Of a DNA stretch of 64,000 nt, positions 41,006-50,855 are shown in pieces (positions within the stretch are counted from its first letter, which is position 1; every line of letters starts with the position of its first letter). The stretch is from Alphaproteobacteria bacterium. Its GTDB lineage: Bacteria > Pseudomonadota > Alphaproteobacteria > Rhizobiales > Rhodomicrobiaceae. The notes below the pieces were generated by a model. The model made no database searches and was not told the DNA's origin. It worked only from the letters and a program-made list of their open reading frames with translations. The stretch is from the NCBI GenBank assembly GCA_037387425.1, contig JARRLC010000001.1, positions 8,753 to 72,752 on the forward strand. The letters are read 5' to 3'. The translations under genes were made by a program, and so were the position numbers.

Positions 41006-42586
41006 ATGGCGGCTAAAAAAACACCGTTTTTCATCAGCACCGCCATTTCCTATCCGAATGGCGCTCCGCATATCGGCCACGCATATGAGGCCATCGCGAC
41101 CGACGCCATCGCCCGTTTCAAGCGGCTGGATGGATATGACGTGTTCTTTCTCACCGGCGTTGACGAGCACGGCTTGAAGATGAAGCAGACGGCCATGAAA
41201 GAAGGCATCACGCCTCGCGAGTTGGGCGAACGCAACACCCAGCTTTTCAAGAATATGGGCGCGGCGTTCAACATCTCAAACGACGATTTCATCCGCACCA
41301 CTGAGGAACGGCACTACGCGTCGGTGTCTGAAATCTGGCGGCGCATGATGGACGCGGGCGACATCTATCTCGACAGCTACGCGGGTTGGTATTCCGTGCG
41401 CGACGAAGCCTATTACGCGGAGGACGAAACCACCGTTCGCGAAGACGGCGTGCGCGTCGGGCTGGAAGGCACGCCTGTTGAGTGGACGGAGGAGGCGACC
41501 TATTTCTTCCGCTTGTCGAAATATGAAGAGCCGCTGCTGAAGCATTACGAAGCCAACCCCGATTTCATCCTGCCACCAGAGCGACGCAACGAGATCGTCA
41601 GCTTCGTGAAGGGCGGGTTGAAAGATTTGTCAGTATCGCGCTCTACGTTCGACTGGGGCATTCCGGTGCCGGACGTGCCCGGCCACATCATCTATGTGTG
41701 GGTGGACGCGCTGACGAACTACATCACAGGCGTCGATTTCCCGAATGAGGATTCGCCGAAGTATAAAAAATATTGGCCCGCCGATATCCACATGATTGGC
41801 AAGGATATCACCCGTTTTCACGCGGTTTACTGGCCAGCTTTCTTGATGTCAGCGGGAATTCCGCTGCCCAAGCGCGTCTATAGCCATGGTTTCTTGTACA
41901 ACCAGGGCAAGAAGATGAGTAAATCGGAAGGCAACGTGCTTGATCCGTTCTCCATGGTGGACGCCTATGGCGTTGATCAGATGCGCTATTTCTTCCTGCG
42001 CGAGGTGTCGTTCGGGCAAGACGGCAGCTATAGCCACGAATCCATCGTCAATCGCACCAACGCCGATCTGGCCGACAATCTGGGCAATCTGGCGCAGCGC
42101 TCGCTGTCGATGATCAAGAAGAACTGCAAAGCCGTTATCCCAGAGCCGGGCGCTTTCACGGAAGCGGATGAAACGCTGCTCGCTGCCACGGATGCGCTTC
42201 TGGCCACGGTGCGCGAAGCCTTGGAACGGCAGATGCTGCACCGCGTGCTCGAAAGCGTGTGGACGGTCGTCTCCGACGCCAACCGTTATTTCGCTGGCGA
42301 AGCGCCATGGGCACTGCGGAAAACCGATCCCGAACGCATGGGCACGGTGCTTTACGTCACGGCGGAGGTGTTGCGGCAGGTGGCGTTGCTGGCCGCACCG
42401 TTCACGCCAGTAGCGGCGGAAAAGCTGCTCGACCAGCTCGGCATACCGGCCGATGCGCGCGACTATGCGCATCTGGGTGCTGAAGGTCGGCTAGCTGCTG
42501 GCGCGAAGCTTGGCGACCTCGCCCCCATCTTCCCGCGCTATATTGAGCCGGAAGACGAAAACAGCGGTAGCAGCAACTCAAAGTGA
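41006..42586 (+). CDS. metG: Methionine--tRNA ligase
   Basis: HIGH motif [12 protein letters not shown] and KMSKS. I place the start at MAAKKTPFF (ATG 41006); the track ORF begins at 40922 inside holB. Confidence 0.95.
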   Translation: MAAKKTPFFISTAISYPNGAPHIGHAYEAIATDAIARFKRLDGYDVFFLTGVDEHGLKMKQTAMKEGITPRELGERNTQLFKNMGAAFNISNDDFIRTTEERHYASVSEIWRRMMDAGDIYLDSYAGWYSVRDEAYYAEDETTVREDGVRVGLEGTPVEWTEEATYFFRLSKYEEPLLKHYEANPDFILPPERRNEIVSFVKGGLKDLSVSRSTFDWGIPVPDVPGHIIYVWVDALTNYITGVDFPNEDSPKYKKYWPADIHMIGKDITRFHAVYWPAFLMSAGIPLPKRVYSHGFLYNQGKKMSKSEGNVLDPFSMVDAYGVDQMRYFFLREVSFGQDGSYSHESIVNRTNADLADNLGNLAQRSLSMIKKNCKAVIPEPGAFTEADETLLAATDALLATVREALERQMLHRVLESVWTVVSDANRYFAGEAPWALRKTDPERMGTVLYVTAEVLRQVALLAAPFTPVAAEKLLDQLGIPADARDYAHLGAEGRLAAGAKLGDLAPIFPRYIEPEDENSGSSNSK

Positions 42587-42653
42587 GATCGCCCGATATC
42601 AGAAAAGCCAAGGTTCGATGAACACGACACATCGAATCTTGGCAGCTTGCTCG

Positions 42654-43295
42654 TTATCCACGAGGCGCTGATTTTCGCAAATGAACATACAGCGCGCCCT
42701 GTCCGCCGTGCCGGGCATGTGCGGTGGTGAAGCTCACCACAATCTCGCGAAGTCCAGGTTCTTTCATCCAATGCGGCACCACGCGGCGCAAAACACCCCG
42801 TTCATCGCCGTGCAGATGATCGCGGGAATGCCCCTCGGGCGCGCCTTTTCCGGTAATGACCAGCACATGACGCAAACCACGCGCGGCGCATGAACGCAGG
42901 AAATTTCGCAACGCGCCGTGAGCTTCAAGCTGGCGCATGCCGTGCAAATCCAGACGGGCTTCGATAGGCGCAACGTTTCGGCTCAGCTTGCGACGCTGGC
43001 GTTCGTCAAACTGGGCGAGAGGCGGCGGCGTATTGGCAGCGGAGGAAAGAGGTGCAGCAGCGGGACGCGACGGCCTGATGCGCGCTCTAGACGGCACATC
43101 CGAAGCAACCGGCTTTTGATCTGCCTGGGCATTGGAAGAAGCTTTTAACGCTTTCTTAGCCGCTTCGTCGGCTTTATCGCTCTCACGCTCCCGGCGGCGC
43201 AACTTCTTTGCATGCCGCATCGCGTGATGCCACAGCTCAGCTTCTTCTGCGGTCAATGGACGTTTACGCGATGGCGGTTCCGATGGCATCCTCAA
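42654..43295 (-). CDS. Smr-domain protein
   Basis: C-terminal Smr domain LDLHGMRQLEAHGALRNFLRSCAARGLRHVLVITGKG. Confidence 0.85.
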   Translation of the reverse strand: MRMPSEPPSRKRPLTAEEAELWHHAMRHAKKLRRRERESDKADEAAKKALKASSNAQADQKPVASDVPSRARIRPSRPAAAPLSSAANTPPPLAQFDERQRRKLSRNVAPIEARLDLHGMRQLEAHGALRNFLRSCAARGLRHVLVITGKGAPEGHSRDHLHGDERGVLRRVVPHWMKEPGLREIVVSFTTAHARHGGQGALYVHLRKSAPRG

Positions 43296-43326
43296 TCCCT
43301 GTTGTTGTATTTACACTACCAACAGG

Positions 43327-44475
43327 TTATTTCGGGATGAACACGTAGAAATCGCAAGGATGTTTCATTCTTCCGGCTAATTTTCCGGCTGCAGGGCCGG
43401 TTCCCCAGAAGAAATCGCCCCGCACAGATCCACGGATGGCCGAACCAGTGTCCTGCGCGATCATCAACCGCGCGAGGCCCTCATGACCGTCGAGATTAAA
43501 ATCGGGGACGGAAATCCAAATCGGCATGCCCAACTGGTGGTAACGCGGATCGACCGCCATGCTACGACCCGGCGTTAACGGTATCGCCATAGCGCCGCGT
43601 GGCGCATCGCCTTTAATGCGTGAGAAAAACGGATAGGATTTATTCTGCCACATCACTTCGCGCGCCTGGGTAGGCTCGGAGCGCATCCACGAAAGGATTT
43701 TCGGCATAGAGGCCATACCGCCCTGAAACACGCCTCGCTTGGTTAGCACCTTGCCGATAGAGGTATAGGGATGACCGTTTTTACCCGCAAACCCAATCCG
43801 GATTCTCTTGCCATTATCGAGCTTAATAACGCCAGAGCCTTGCACCTGCATGATGAACGCTTCATACGGATCGGAAATGTAAGCGATCTCCAGCCCGCGA
43901 CCTTTCAGCACACCTTCGTCGATTTCGCGACGCGTGTAATAGGGCTTCAGCCCTTCCGACGTCATGCGCGCAGCGGTTAGCTCGGCGGGAAGATCGCCGC
44001 GGTCCACAGCGCTGGTTATCAGCACCAGATCATCGGGCTTGGCGTAAACTGGCACGCTATGCGCTTCGTTTGGGGTAAGTGAACCTTGAATTTCCGGCTC
44101 GAAATAGCCTGTCAGCAGCGCGGATTTCTCTGGGCGGCGAACGAAATAGGGCGTGAAGTTTGCCTCAAAAAAGCTGCGAGCATCGTCGCGGCTTAGCGTA
44201 TTAGGCAGCATACGCGCCAATTCGCACACGGCTTTAATCTCGGCGCTAGGCTTGGGTTTCACGTTTGGATGCAGAAAAACCCTGCACGACAAGCGAAACG
44301 TCTTGAACGCCGCCGCGTGATCGTCTTTTGCCCAACCCTCGATTTCAGAGAATTCTACCGGCCGTTTTTCATAGGCTAGGCTTGGTGCAGCTTCTGCATC
44401 TGGAAACTGCCACGCCCATAATCCACTTCCCGCCATAAAAACAGCCACCACTATAGATCGAAAGAACGCCCTCAT
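43327..44475 (-). CDS. mltA: Murein transglycosylase A
   Basis: MltA and 3D domain pattern (LTGYFEP..., ...IAQDTGSAIRG...). Signal peptide present. Confidence 0.88.
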   Translation of the reverse strand: MRAFFRSIVVAVFMAGSGLWAWQFPDAEAAPSLAYEKRPVEFSEIEGWAKDDHAAAFKTFRLSCRVFLHPNVKPKPSAEIKAVCELARMLPNTLSRDDARSFFEANFTPYFVRRPEKSALLTGYFEPEIQGSLTPNEAHSVPVYAKPDDLVLITSAVDRGDLPAELTAARMTSEGLKPYYTRREIDEGVLKGRGLEIAYISDPYEAFIMQVQGSGVIKLDNGKRIRIGFAGKNGHPYTSIGKVLTKRGVFQGGMASMPKILSWMRSEPTQAREVMWQNKSYPFFSRIKGDAPRGAMAIPLTPGRSMAVDPRYHQLGMPIWISVPDFNLDGHEGLARLMIAQDTGSAIRGSVRGDFFWGTGPAAGKLAGRMKHPCDFYVFIPK

Positions 44476-44507
44476 GCCCCCTCAAAAGCCCTAGAAGCTT
44501 CACCACT

Positions 44508-45215
44508 TCAGGCTTCCGCACCTGTGGCAACGAGCTTCCAGTTCGGATCACGCGACGATGTATCACGAGCGAATGTCCAAATATCCGTTACTTCCCGGAT
44601 TTGTGACATACTGCCTTCCACGATCTCCCCCCCGCGATTTCGTGTGGCAGATATCAGTTCACTCACGAATTTGATAGTGATCTGAACAGTTTTATCAGTT
44701 AATTCCGCATCAAGAATATCAGCACTGCTGATTCCCACGAAATTAAATTCGATCGTATCCCCGTTTTTTTCACGCTCGGTTATGGCCGAGGCGAAACTAT
44801 CGTACACTTCTCGGCTCAAAAGCGATTTGAGCTGTTTACGCTCTCCGCTAGCAAAAGCAGTCACGATCATTTCGTAAGCTGCCTTGGCGCCGTCAAGGAA
44901 GTGTTTGGGATCAAACGAACGATCTGCCTGCGCAACCTCTTGCAGCTTCCCGGCCAAATCGGCATTGTCTGGCGCAATTTCCTTTAACCGTTTGGCAAAG
45001 GTTTCGTCGTCCAGTTCCTCTTCGGCTGGCAGCGGTTCGCCTTTCATGGTGACCACATTATCGTGAACGGCCTTTTCATCGGCCTCCGATGCGGAATACT
45101 GATCATAAGGGCGTTCATTACCGGTGCGGCGTCCCAAAACGCTGCGCAAACGGAGATACACAACCACCGCTATGACGAAAAAAAGTAATGTGAGAATGTC
45201 AAGTGCACTGTTCAT
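44508..45215 (-). CDS. Tim44-like domain protein (membrane-anchored)
   Basis: An N-terminal TM helix and a C-terminal Tim44-like fold ending ...WTFARDTSSRDPNWKLVAT. It forms the conserved alphaproteobacterial trio with mltA and smr. Confidence 0.82.
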   Translation of the reverse strand: MNSALDILTLLFFVIAVVVYLRLRSVLGRRTGNERPYDQYSASEADEKAVHDNVVTMKGEPLPAEEELDDETFAKRLKEIAPDNADLAGKLQEVAQADRSFDPKHFLDGAKAAYEMIVTAFASGERKQLKSLLSREVYDSFASAITEREKNGDTIEFNFVGISSADILDAELTDKTVQITIKFVSELISATRNRGGEIVEGSMSQIREVTDIWTFARDTSSRDPNWKLVATGAEA

Positions 45216-45422
45216 GTTGCCGCAGCTTTGTTGGAAACCCCTACGCTTTGAAATAGACCTGCCCTATATATAGGCTGAGAATGTGGCTTACGCCAGCAGC
45301 CAGCTTGACCGGAGGCCTACTCTTTGCGCATCTTGATATCAAATTACGCGATTGAATCCGTTAAGCCAACCGGCAAGAGTATATAGTATGAACCTAGCCG
45401 TTGGCTAAAGGCTTAAGATACC

Positions 45423-46034
45423 ATGTCACTATTCCTGTTCATCGTCTTTATCATCCTACCTATCGCTGAGATAGCTGTTTTCATCAAGGCTAGCCAAATC
45501 ATCAGCATACCTGCGGTGATCGGGCTAACGCTGGCGACGGCTTTCACTGGCAGTTTCTTGATGCGAATGCAAGGCTTTGCAACGCTAAATCGCTTTATGC
45601 AATCCGTCGAAAAGGGTGAAACACCTGTTATCCCGATACTCGATGGCATGGGCATCCTAGTGGCTGGCGTGCTTTTGCTCACTCCAGGGTTGTTAACCGA
45701 CACCATCGGATTGCTGCTTTTCGTGCCTGCCGTGCGACGTTGGCTAGGCCGTTATGTGTTCCAGCGTCTTTTATCCAGTGGCAAAATGCACTTCCACTAT
45801 AATAGTGGGGCGGAATGGGCAGATTTCCGGGATACGTCCAGACCGAAGCCAGGAACAAGCGGATGGCCCAAGGATACCGGGCCGCAACGTTCCGATAATG
45901 TCGTCGATGCGGAGTTCGAGACGATCAATCCAGACGACGAAGACAAGGACGATGACACAACCGGCACTCCCGCCGAGCGCGTGCACAGTAAAAGCAACCG
46001 AGACGACAAACATTCGCCCTGGCGGAAGAAGTGA
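45423..46034 (+). CDS. fxsA: FxsA-family membrane protein with charged C-terminal extension
   Basis: MSLFLFIVFIILPIAEIAVFI...LLLTPGLLTD. Confidence 0.85.
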   Translation: MSLFLFIVFIILPIAEIAVFIKASQIISIPAVIGLTLATAFTGSFLMRMQGFATLNRFMQSVEKGETPVIPILDGMGILVAGVLLLTPGLLTDTIGLLLFVPAVRRWLGRYVFQRLLSSGKMHFHYNSGAEWADFRDTSRPKPGTSGWPKDTGPQRSDNVVDAEFETINPDDEDKDDDTTGTPAERVHSKSNRDDKHSPWRKK

Positions 46035-46253
46035 CTTGTCGGACTGTAGGCAATCTGTGTTGCGAAGACCGCGCGGGCGTGTTAGCGACTTGCGGAAGCT
46101 TGCCCCGAAATCTCCTTTCAGCGCAACGACGATGGATAGCGCAGTAGCCTTTGCCTTCAAAATCAATGCGCAAACGGAATGACGGGACGATAACGTGTGT
46201 CACGGCTGATGGCTAATAGCTAGGCCATCCACCAATCGCGAGGTTAAAGGTCC

Positions 46254-46754
46254 ATGTCTGACGAAAATGCCAATTCTAACGCCGACGGAAACGCCGCCAG
46301 TCAACCGCAAATCAATGTGCTTGGCCAGTACATCAAAGATCTGTCGTTTGAAAATCCGAGCGCGCCAGAAAGTTTCCGCTCTTCAAGCAACAATCCGCAA
46401 ATTCAGATCAACTTCAATGTGGCCGCACAGTCCATTGCTGACGGAGCTTACGAAGTTTCGCTGACAATGGAAGCGGAAGCCAAGAGCGATTCAGAAACTC
46501 TGTTCCGCCTGGAGTTGGTTTACGCCGGCGGTTTTCAGCTCAAGAACCTGCCGCAGGAAGCCATTCAGCCGATCCTGTTCATTGAATGCCCAGCGTTGCT
46601 GTTCCCGTTCGTGCGGCGTATCGTAGCAGACCTCACCCGCGAAGGCGGCTACCCGCCGATCTTGCTCGATCCTATCGATTTCGCGGCGCTTTTCCGTCAA
46701 CGTCTTGCGCAAGAGCAAAAAGCGGAAGGCAGCGAAGGCGTTACGACTCAGTAG
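46254..46754 (+). CDS. secB: Protein-export chaperone SecB
   Basis: INVLGQYIKDLSFENP...LFPFVRRIVADLTREGGYPPILLDPIDF. Confidence 0.93.
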   Translation: MSDENANSNADGNAASQPQINVLGQYIKDLSFENPSAPESFRSSSNNPQIQINFNVAAQSIADGAYEVSLTMEAEAKSDSETLFRLELVYAGGFQLKNLPQEAIQPILFIECPALLFPFVRRIVADLTREGGYPPILLDPIDFAALFRQRLAQEQKAEGSEGVTTQ

Positions 46755-47463
46755 TTTTGCCAGAATAGAGATTCCAGACCGGATCTTGCAGGCTGCTCAC
46801 GAACTTTTCGTGGGCGGCTTGTTCATCCGGATCGGTGATCAAGGCCAAAGGCTGCGGACGAGTGCGCACTCTGTTCGTGGCGTTTTTGGCCTTTTTTGCG
46901 CCTGCACTCTGGTGCGAGAGATCAAGGCCGGGCTGCTGTCCACCCACCAGATGCAAATAGACATCGGCAAGCAGCTCAGCGTCGAGCAAAGCGCCGTGCT
47001 TGGTGCGTCCGGAATTGTCCACGCCATAGCGCTTACACAACGCATCAAGGCTGTTCGGCCCTGCTGGATGCTTGCGCCGCGCCATCGCCAGCGTATCGAC
47101 AACCCGTTCGTTGGGAATGATATCCAGCCCCATACGGGTCAGCTCCATGTTGATGAAGCCCATATCGAACGGCGCGTTATGGAATATCAGCGTGGCATCC
47201 TCTGTGAATCTTAAAAAGTCTTCAACCACCGCTGAGAATAGAGGTTTTGTAGACAAAAACTGCGTGGAAAGCCCGTGGACAGCAAAGGCCTCCTTCGGCA
47301 CATCGCGTTCAGGGTTGATATATTCGTGCCAGACGCGTCCGGAAGGCATGTAGTTGTGGAGTTCAACGCAGGCAATTTCAACGAGCCGATCGCCCCGGTT
47401 GGGATCAAGCCCCGTCGTTTCGGTATCCATTACGATTTCGCGCAACGCTAGCCTCCTTCGCAA
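46741..47463 (-). CDS. dnaQ: DNA polymerase III subunit epsilon
   Basis: Exo I motif MDTETTGL and Exo III HGALLDAELLADVY. Its 3' end overlaps the secB 3' end by 14 nt (convergent). Confidence 0.93.
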   Translation of the reverse strand: MRRRLALREIVMDTETTGLDPNRGDRLVEIACVELHNYMPSGRVWHEYINPERDVPKEAFAVHGLSTQFLSTKPLFSAVVEDFLRFTEDATLIFHNAPFDMGFINMELTRMGLDIIPNERVVDTLAMARRKHPAGPNSLDALCKRYGVDNSGRTKHGALLDAELLADVYLHLVGGQQPGLDLSHQSAGAKKAKNATNRVRTRPQPLALITDPDEQAAHEKFVSSLQDPVWNLYSGKTTES

Positions 47464-47493
47464 CTCGAAAAATATTGGAGAGATCGCCCCCGC

Positions 47494-48126
47494 TCAATAT
47501 AGCGTGAGCCAGCGATCATATGCATCGCCTTCGCAACTTTTTAACGATTCGAGAAGTTCGTCGAGCTGTTGCAGGGTTTCTTCCCACGGCAAACCGGTGT
47601 CTATGACGAAATCGGCACGGTTGCGTTTTTCAGCGTCCGAAAGCTGGCGGGCCATGATCGCATCCAGTTTTTCCGTGGTCATACCGGGGCGTTGCATGAC
47701 ACGCTCTGTCTGTACATCTTCAGGAGCGCTGGCCACGACGATCACATCGACAAGTTCTTCGCCCCCGGCTTCGAACAGCAGCGGCGTATCGATAACACAC
47801 ATGGGCTCGTCCGCCTCGTGGCACGCTTTCACGAATTCCCATTTTTCATGAACCACAAGGGGATGCACGAGCGCTTCCAGCCGCCTAAAACCATTTGGAT
47901 GCATCATCACGGCCTTACTAAGCTTGGCGCGATCTACTTTGCCATTTGCTGTTGTGCCTGGAAATGTATGTTCAATTGGCGTTACAGCTTCGCCTTCATA
48001 CAAGCGATGCACGATGCTATCCGCATCAAGTACAGGGATGCCCTGCCCAGCGAAATATTCGCCAACAGTGGTTTTTCCCATTCCGATAGAACCAGTCAAC
48101 CCTATGATCAGCATCATAACCGCCAA
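47494..48126 (-). CDS. coaE: Dephospho-CoA kinase
   Basis: P-loop GLTGSIGMGKTT. Confidence 0.92.
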   Translation of the reverse strand: MAVMMLIIGLTGSIGMGKTTVGEYFAGQGIPVLDADSIVHRLYEGEAVTPIEHTFPGTTANGKVDRAKLSKAVMMHPNGFRRLEALVHPLVVHEKWEFVKACHEADEPMCVIDTPLLFEAGGEELVDVIVVASAPEDVQTERVMQRPGMTTEKLDAIMARQLSDAEKRNRADFVIDTGLPWEETLQQLDELLESLKSCEGDAYDRWLTLY

Positions 48127-48131
48127 TAGCT

Positions 48132-48962
48132 TTAGTGTTTATCGAGATCGGCAACGATATGCGCCCGTAACTCTGGCGAAACTTCTGGATAAACGCCAAA
48201 CCATTTCTGAAATGCTGGCGCCGCCTGATGTAGTAACATTCCCAAGCCATCAGCGACACGAAGCCCGGCTTGCCTGGCGCGCTGAAGCAATTCCGTTTCC
48301 AGAGGCACATAAACGATATCGTTCACCACGGCTGAACTGGCCAACGCCGATAAATCTATCTCAATGGCGCCAGAGCCTTTCATGCCTTGTGTCGTCGTAT
48401 TGACGAGCACTCCACAGCCCGAAGCCGCTTCCGATAGCCGATCCCAGTTATAAACATCCACCTTGCCGCCAAAACTTGCAGCGAGCTTGTCTGCGCGTTC
48501 GCGTGTGCGATTAACGATGCGAATTTGTGGAAAGCCTCTGGAAATCAAGCCGTACACGATGCTTCGTGCGGCCCCTCCAGCACCAAGGACAAGGGCAGGA
48601 AGGCCGCTCTTATCCCAATCTGGCGCCTGATGGTCGAGATTGTGAATAAACCCATGAACATCAGTATTTGTGGCGTACAGCTCTCCACTATCAATCCACA
48701 GTGTATTCACAGCCCCCACGGCTTGCGCGACCTCATCGAGACGGCCAGCAACACGGAAAGCGACTTCCTTATGCGGCACGGTGACATTCCCGCCAACGAA
48801 ACCATGCGACGCCAGATTACGGATGAAATCCTCAGCGGCTTCTGGCGGCACGCCTTGCTTTTCGTAAGCTCCCTCAATGCCATAAGCACGCAGCCAAAAT
48901 TCATGAATAAGCGGCGAGCGTGAATGCTCCACAGGCCAGCCAATGACACAGGCGCGTTTCAT
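48132..48962 (-). CDS. aroE: Shikimate dehydrogenase
   Basis: GWPVEHSRSPLIHEFW, NVTVPHK and LGAGGAARS. Confidence 0.93.
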   Translation of the reverse strand: MKRACVIGWPVEHSRSPLIHEFWLRAYGIEGAYEKQGVPPEAAEDFIRNLASHGFVGGNVTVPHKEVAFRVAGRLDEVAQAVGAVNTLWIDSGELYATNTDVHGFIHNLDHQAPDWDKSGLPALVLGAGGAARSIVYGLISRGFPQIRIVNRTRERADKLAASFGGKVDVYNWDRLSEAASGCGVLVNTTTQGMKGSGAIEIDLSALASSAVVNDIVYVPLETELLQRARQAGLRVADGLGMLLHQAAPAFQKWFGVYPEVSPELRAHIVADLDKH

Positions 48963-48990
48963 ATTATAATGTCTCCGGATAGTGTGCGGC

Positions 48991-49617
48991 CTAACTCGTA
49001 AGCCAGTCGTTCGTTCGCAGATAATCCAGAAGCGGCAATAGCGGCAAGCCCATTACGGTAAAATGATCGCCGTCGATCGCGGAAAAGAGCTGAATACCGA
49101 GCCCTTCGATGCGATAGCCGCCAACCGAATGCAGCATAGTTTCACCTTCAGTGCGGCAATAATCGTCGAGAAACGCATCGGAAAATGCGCGCATTGTCAT
49201 GTGCGCCACTGAGATGTGCCGCCACACGGGCTTGCCCCCTTTCGCGACGCACAAAGCCGAATGCAAACGATGCGTTTTCCCCCGCAAGGCCAGGAGCTGC
49301 TCGCGGGCCGCCTCCAAAGTGGGCGCTTTCTGGAAAATCTCGCCATCGCATTCCATCACTTGATCGCCGCCGAGCACCATTGCGGATGCGTGCGCCTTGC
49401 TGACATCCACAGCCTTGGCCTCAGCCAAGCGCGCCGCCAGTTCTGAGGCTGAAATTCCGCTTCCCTCCTGCATGGCTTCGGCCTGCAACGGGCATTCGTC
49501 CACAGATGCGGCGATCTGGCTGAACGCCAGCCCCGCTTGGCGCAGCACAAAAGCGCGCCCTTCGCTTGTTGAGGCGAGAATAAATTCTGCGCGTTCAGTC
49601 ATCTTTTGCTTTTCCAC
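48991..49617 (-). CDS. maf: Maf-family nucleoside triphosphate pyrophosphatase
   Basis: FILASTSEGR...GAYRIEG-type motif (GGYRIEGLG). Confidence 0.9.
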   Translation of the reverse strand: MEKQKMTERAEFILASTSEGRAFVLRQAGLAFSQIAASVDECPLQAEAMQEGSGISASELAARLAEAKAVDVSKAHASAMVLGGDQVMECDGEIFQKAPTLEAAREQLLALRGKTHRLHSALCVAKGGKPVWRHISVAHMTMRAFSDAFLDDYCRTEGETMLHSVGGYRIEGLGIQLFSAIDGDHFTVMGLPLLPLLDYLRTNDWLTS

Positions 49618-50479
49618 CGACGACTTTTTTGTCTTCGAAAAACTTGATCACTGTGGCGGCCGTCTCTTCAATCGAGCGCCGCGTAACATCGACAACGGGC
49701 CATTTATTCCGCCCACAGAGCCGCCGGGTAAACGCAACCTCGTCCGCGATCAAATCAATATCCACATAATCCCGGTTGCTATGATCTTTCATGCCAAGCA
49801 GCCGGTGTCTTCTGATTTCAGACAGACGTTGCGGGCTGGCAATCAGTCCAACAATGAAAGTGCTTTTCGCGGCCTCAAGTTCTGGCGGGAGCGGAATGTT
49901 AGGAACAAGAGAGACGTTCGCTGTTTTATATCCACGGTTTGCCAGATAAAGGCTTGTCGGTGTTTTCGACGTGCGGCTTGCGCCGACCAGAACGATATCG
50001 GCTAGATCGACTTCGTCAGAGTGCTGCCCGTCATCATGAGAGAGCGTAAAATTCACAGCCTCGATCCGGCGGAAATACTCGGAATCCAGAATGTGCTGAC
50101 CGCCAACAACCGGTGTCGATGGCGTGCCCAGGTAAGTTTCAAGTAGCTTAAGCAGCGGTTCCAGAACCGCCACGCATGGCACGTTAAGCTTTTTACATTG
50201 CCGCTCCAGTTCCAACCCAAGTTCACGATTGACGAGCGTGTAAAGCACGATCCCCGGTGCGGCCTCAATTTGCTGAAGCACGCGGTCAAGGTGGCGTTTG
50301 TTGCGCACAAAGGGATGCGAGTGCTTCAGAGCGCGGACACCGGAGTATTGAACAGTGGCCGCTTTCGCGACGGCCGCCAAAGTTTCCCCCGACGCATCCG
50401 AGACCATGTGCAGGTGGAAAAACTTCGAAGGAGCTTTGGGCATCTGTTGAAAAATCGCCTTGTCTGTACGAGTTAACAT
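49595..50479 (-). CDS. Pyruvate, phosphate dikinase/PEP synthase regulatory protein (DUF299 kinase/pyrophosphorylase)
   Basis: FHLHMVSDASGETL and P-loop-like LVGASRTSKTPTS. The likely start is ATG 50479 or 50443; the track ORF extends to 50533. Confidence 0.88.
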   Translation of the reverse strand: MLTRTDKAIFQQMPKAPSKFFHLHMVSDASGETLAAVAKAATVQYSGVRALKHSHPFVRNKRHLDRVLQQIEAAPGIVLYTLVNRELGLELERQCKKLNVPCVAVLEPLLKLLETYLGTPSTPVVGGQHILDSEYFRRIEAVNFTLSHDDGQHSDEVDLADIVLVGASRTSKTPTSLYLANRGYKTANVSLVPNIPLPPELEAAKSTFIVGLIASPQRLSEIRRHRLLGMKDHSNRDYVDIDLIADEVAFTRRLCGRNKWPVVDVTRRSIEETAATVIKFFEDKKVVGGKAKDD

Positions 50480-50855
50480 ATTTATGGAAAATAGACTAAG
50501 TGAGTCCCCCACACCAATCCAAAAGACATCCACAATTCAGCAAGGAAGAATAATATATTTCAGGGGGTAGGGAAAAGACTGGATATCGCGTTTTCATAAA
50601 TATTATGTTGCATGGTAATGAACAAACTATCATTGCATTATGCAATGAACGTAATGCAACAACCTATTGTTATCTCAATTGGATTCAAAAAGCTCACACG
50701 CGATGGTATCATGTTACCTAGACGCTATTCACTGCCTTTCTTTAGGCTGAATTAAACCGTGCAAAATTTGGGGAAGCTAGGTAATCTCCACAATCCACCG
50801 CAATAAGAAATAGAATCCAAAAAAGATAAAATTTGTTTTGAAAAAAGGGTTGGCG
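50480..50855. other. Candidate chromosomal replication origin (hemE-adjacent intergenic region)
   Basis: A visibly AT-rich non-coding gap between the divergent DUF299 gene and hemE, inside the conserved origin-flanking gene cluster of alphaproteobacteria. It carries DnaA-box-like 9-mers ACATCCACA (50526-50534) and ATCTCCACA (50784-50792), and three GANTC sites. Confidence 0.55.
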
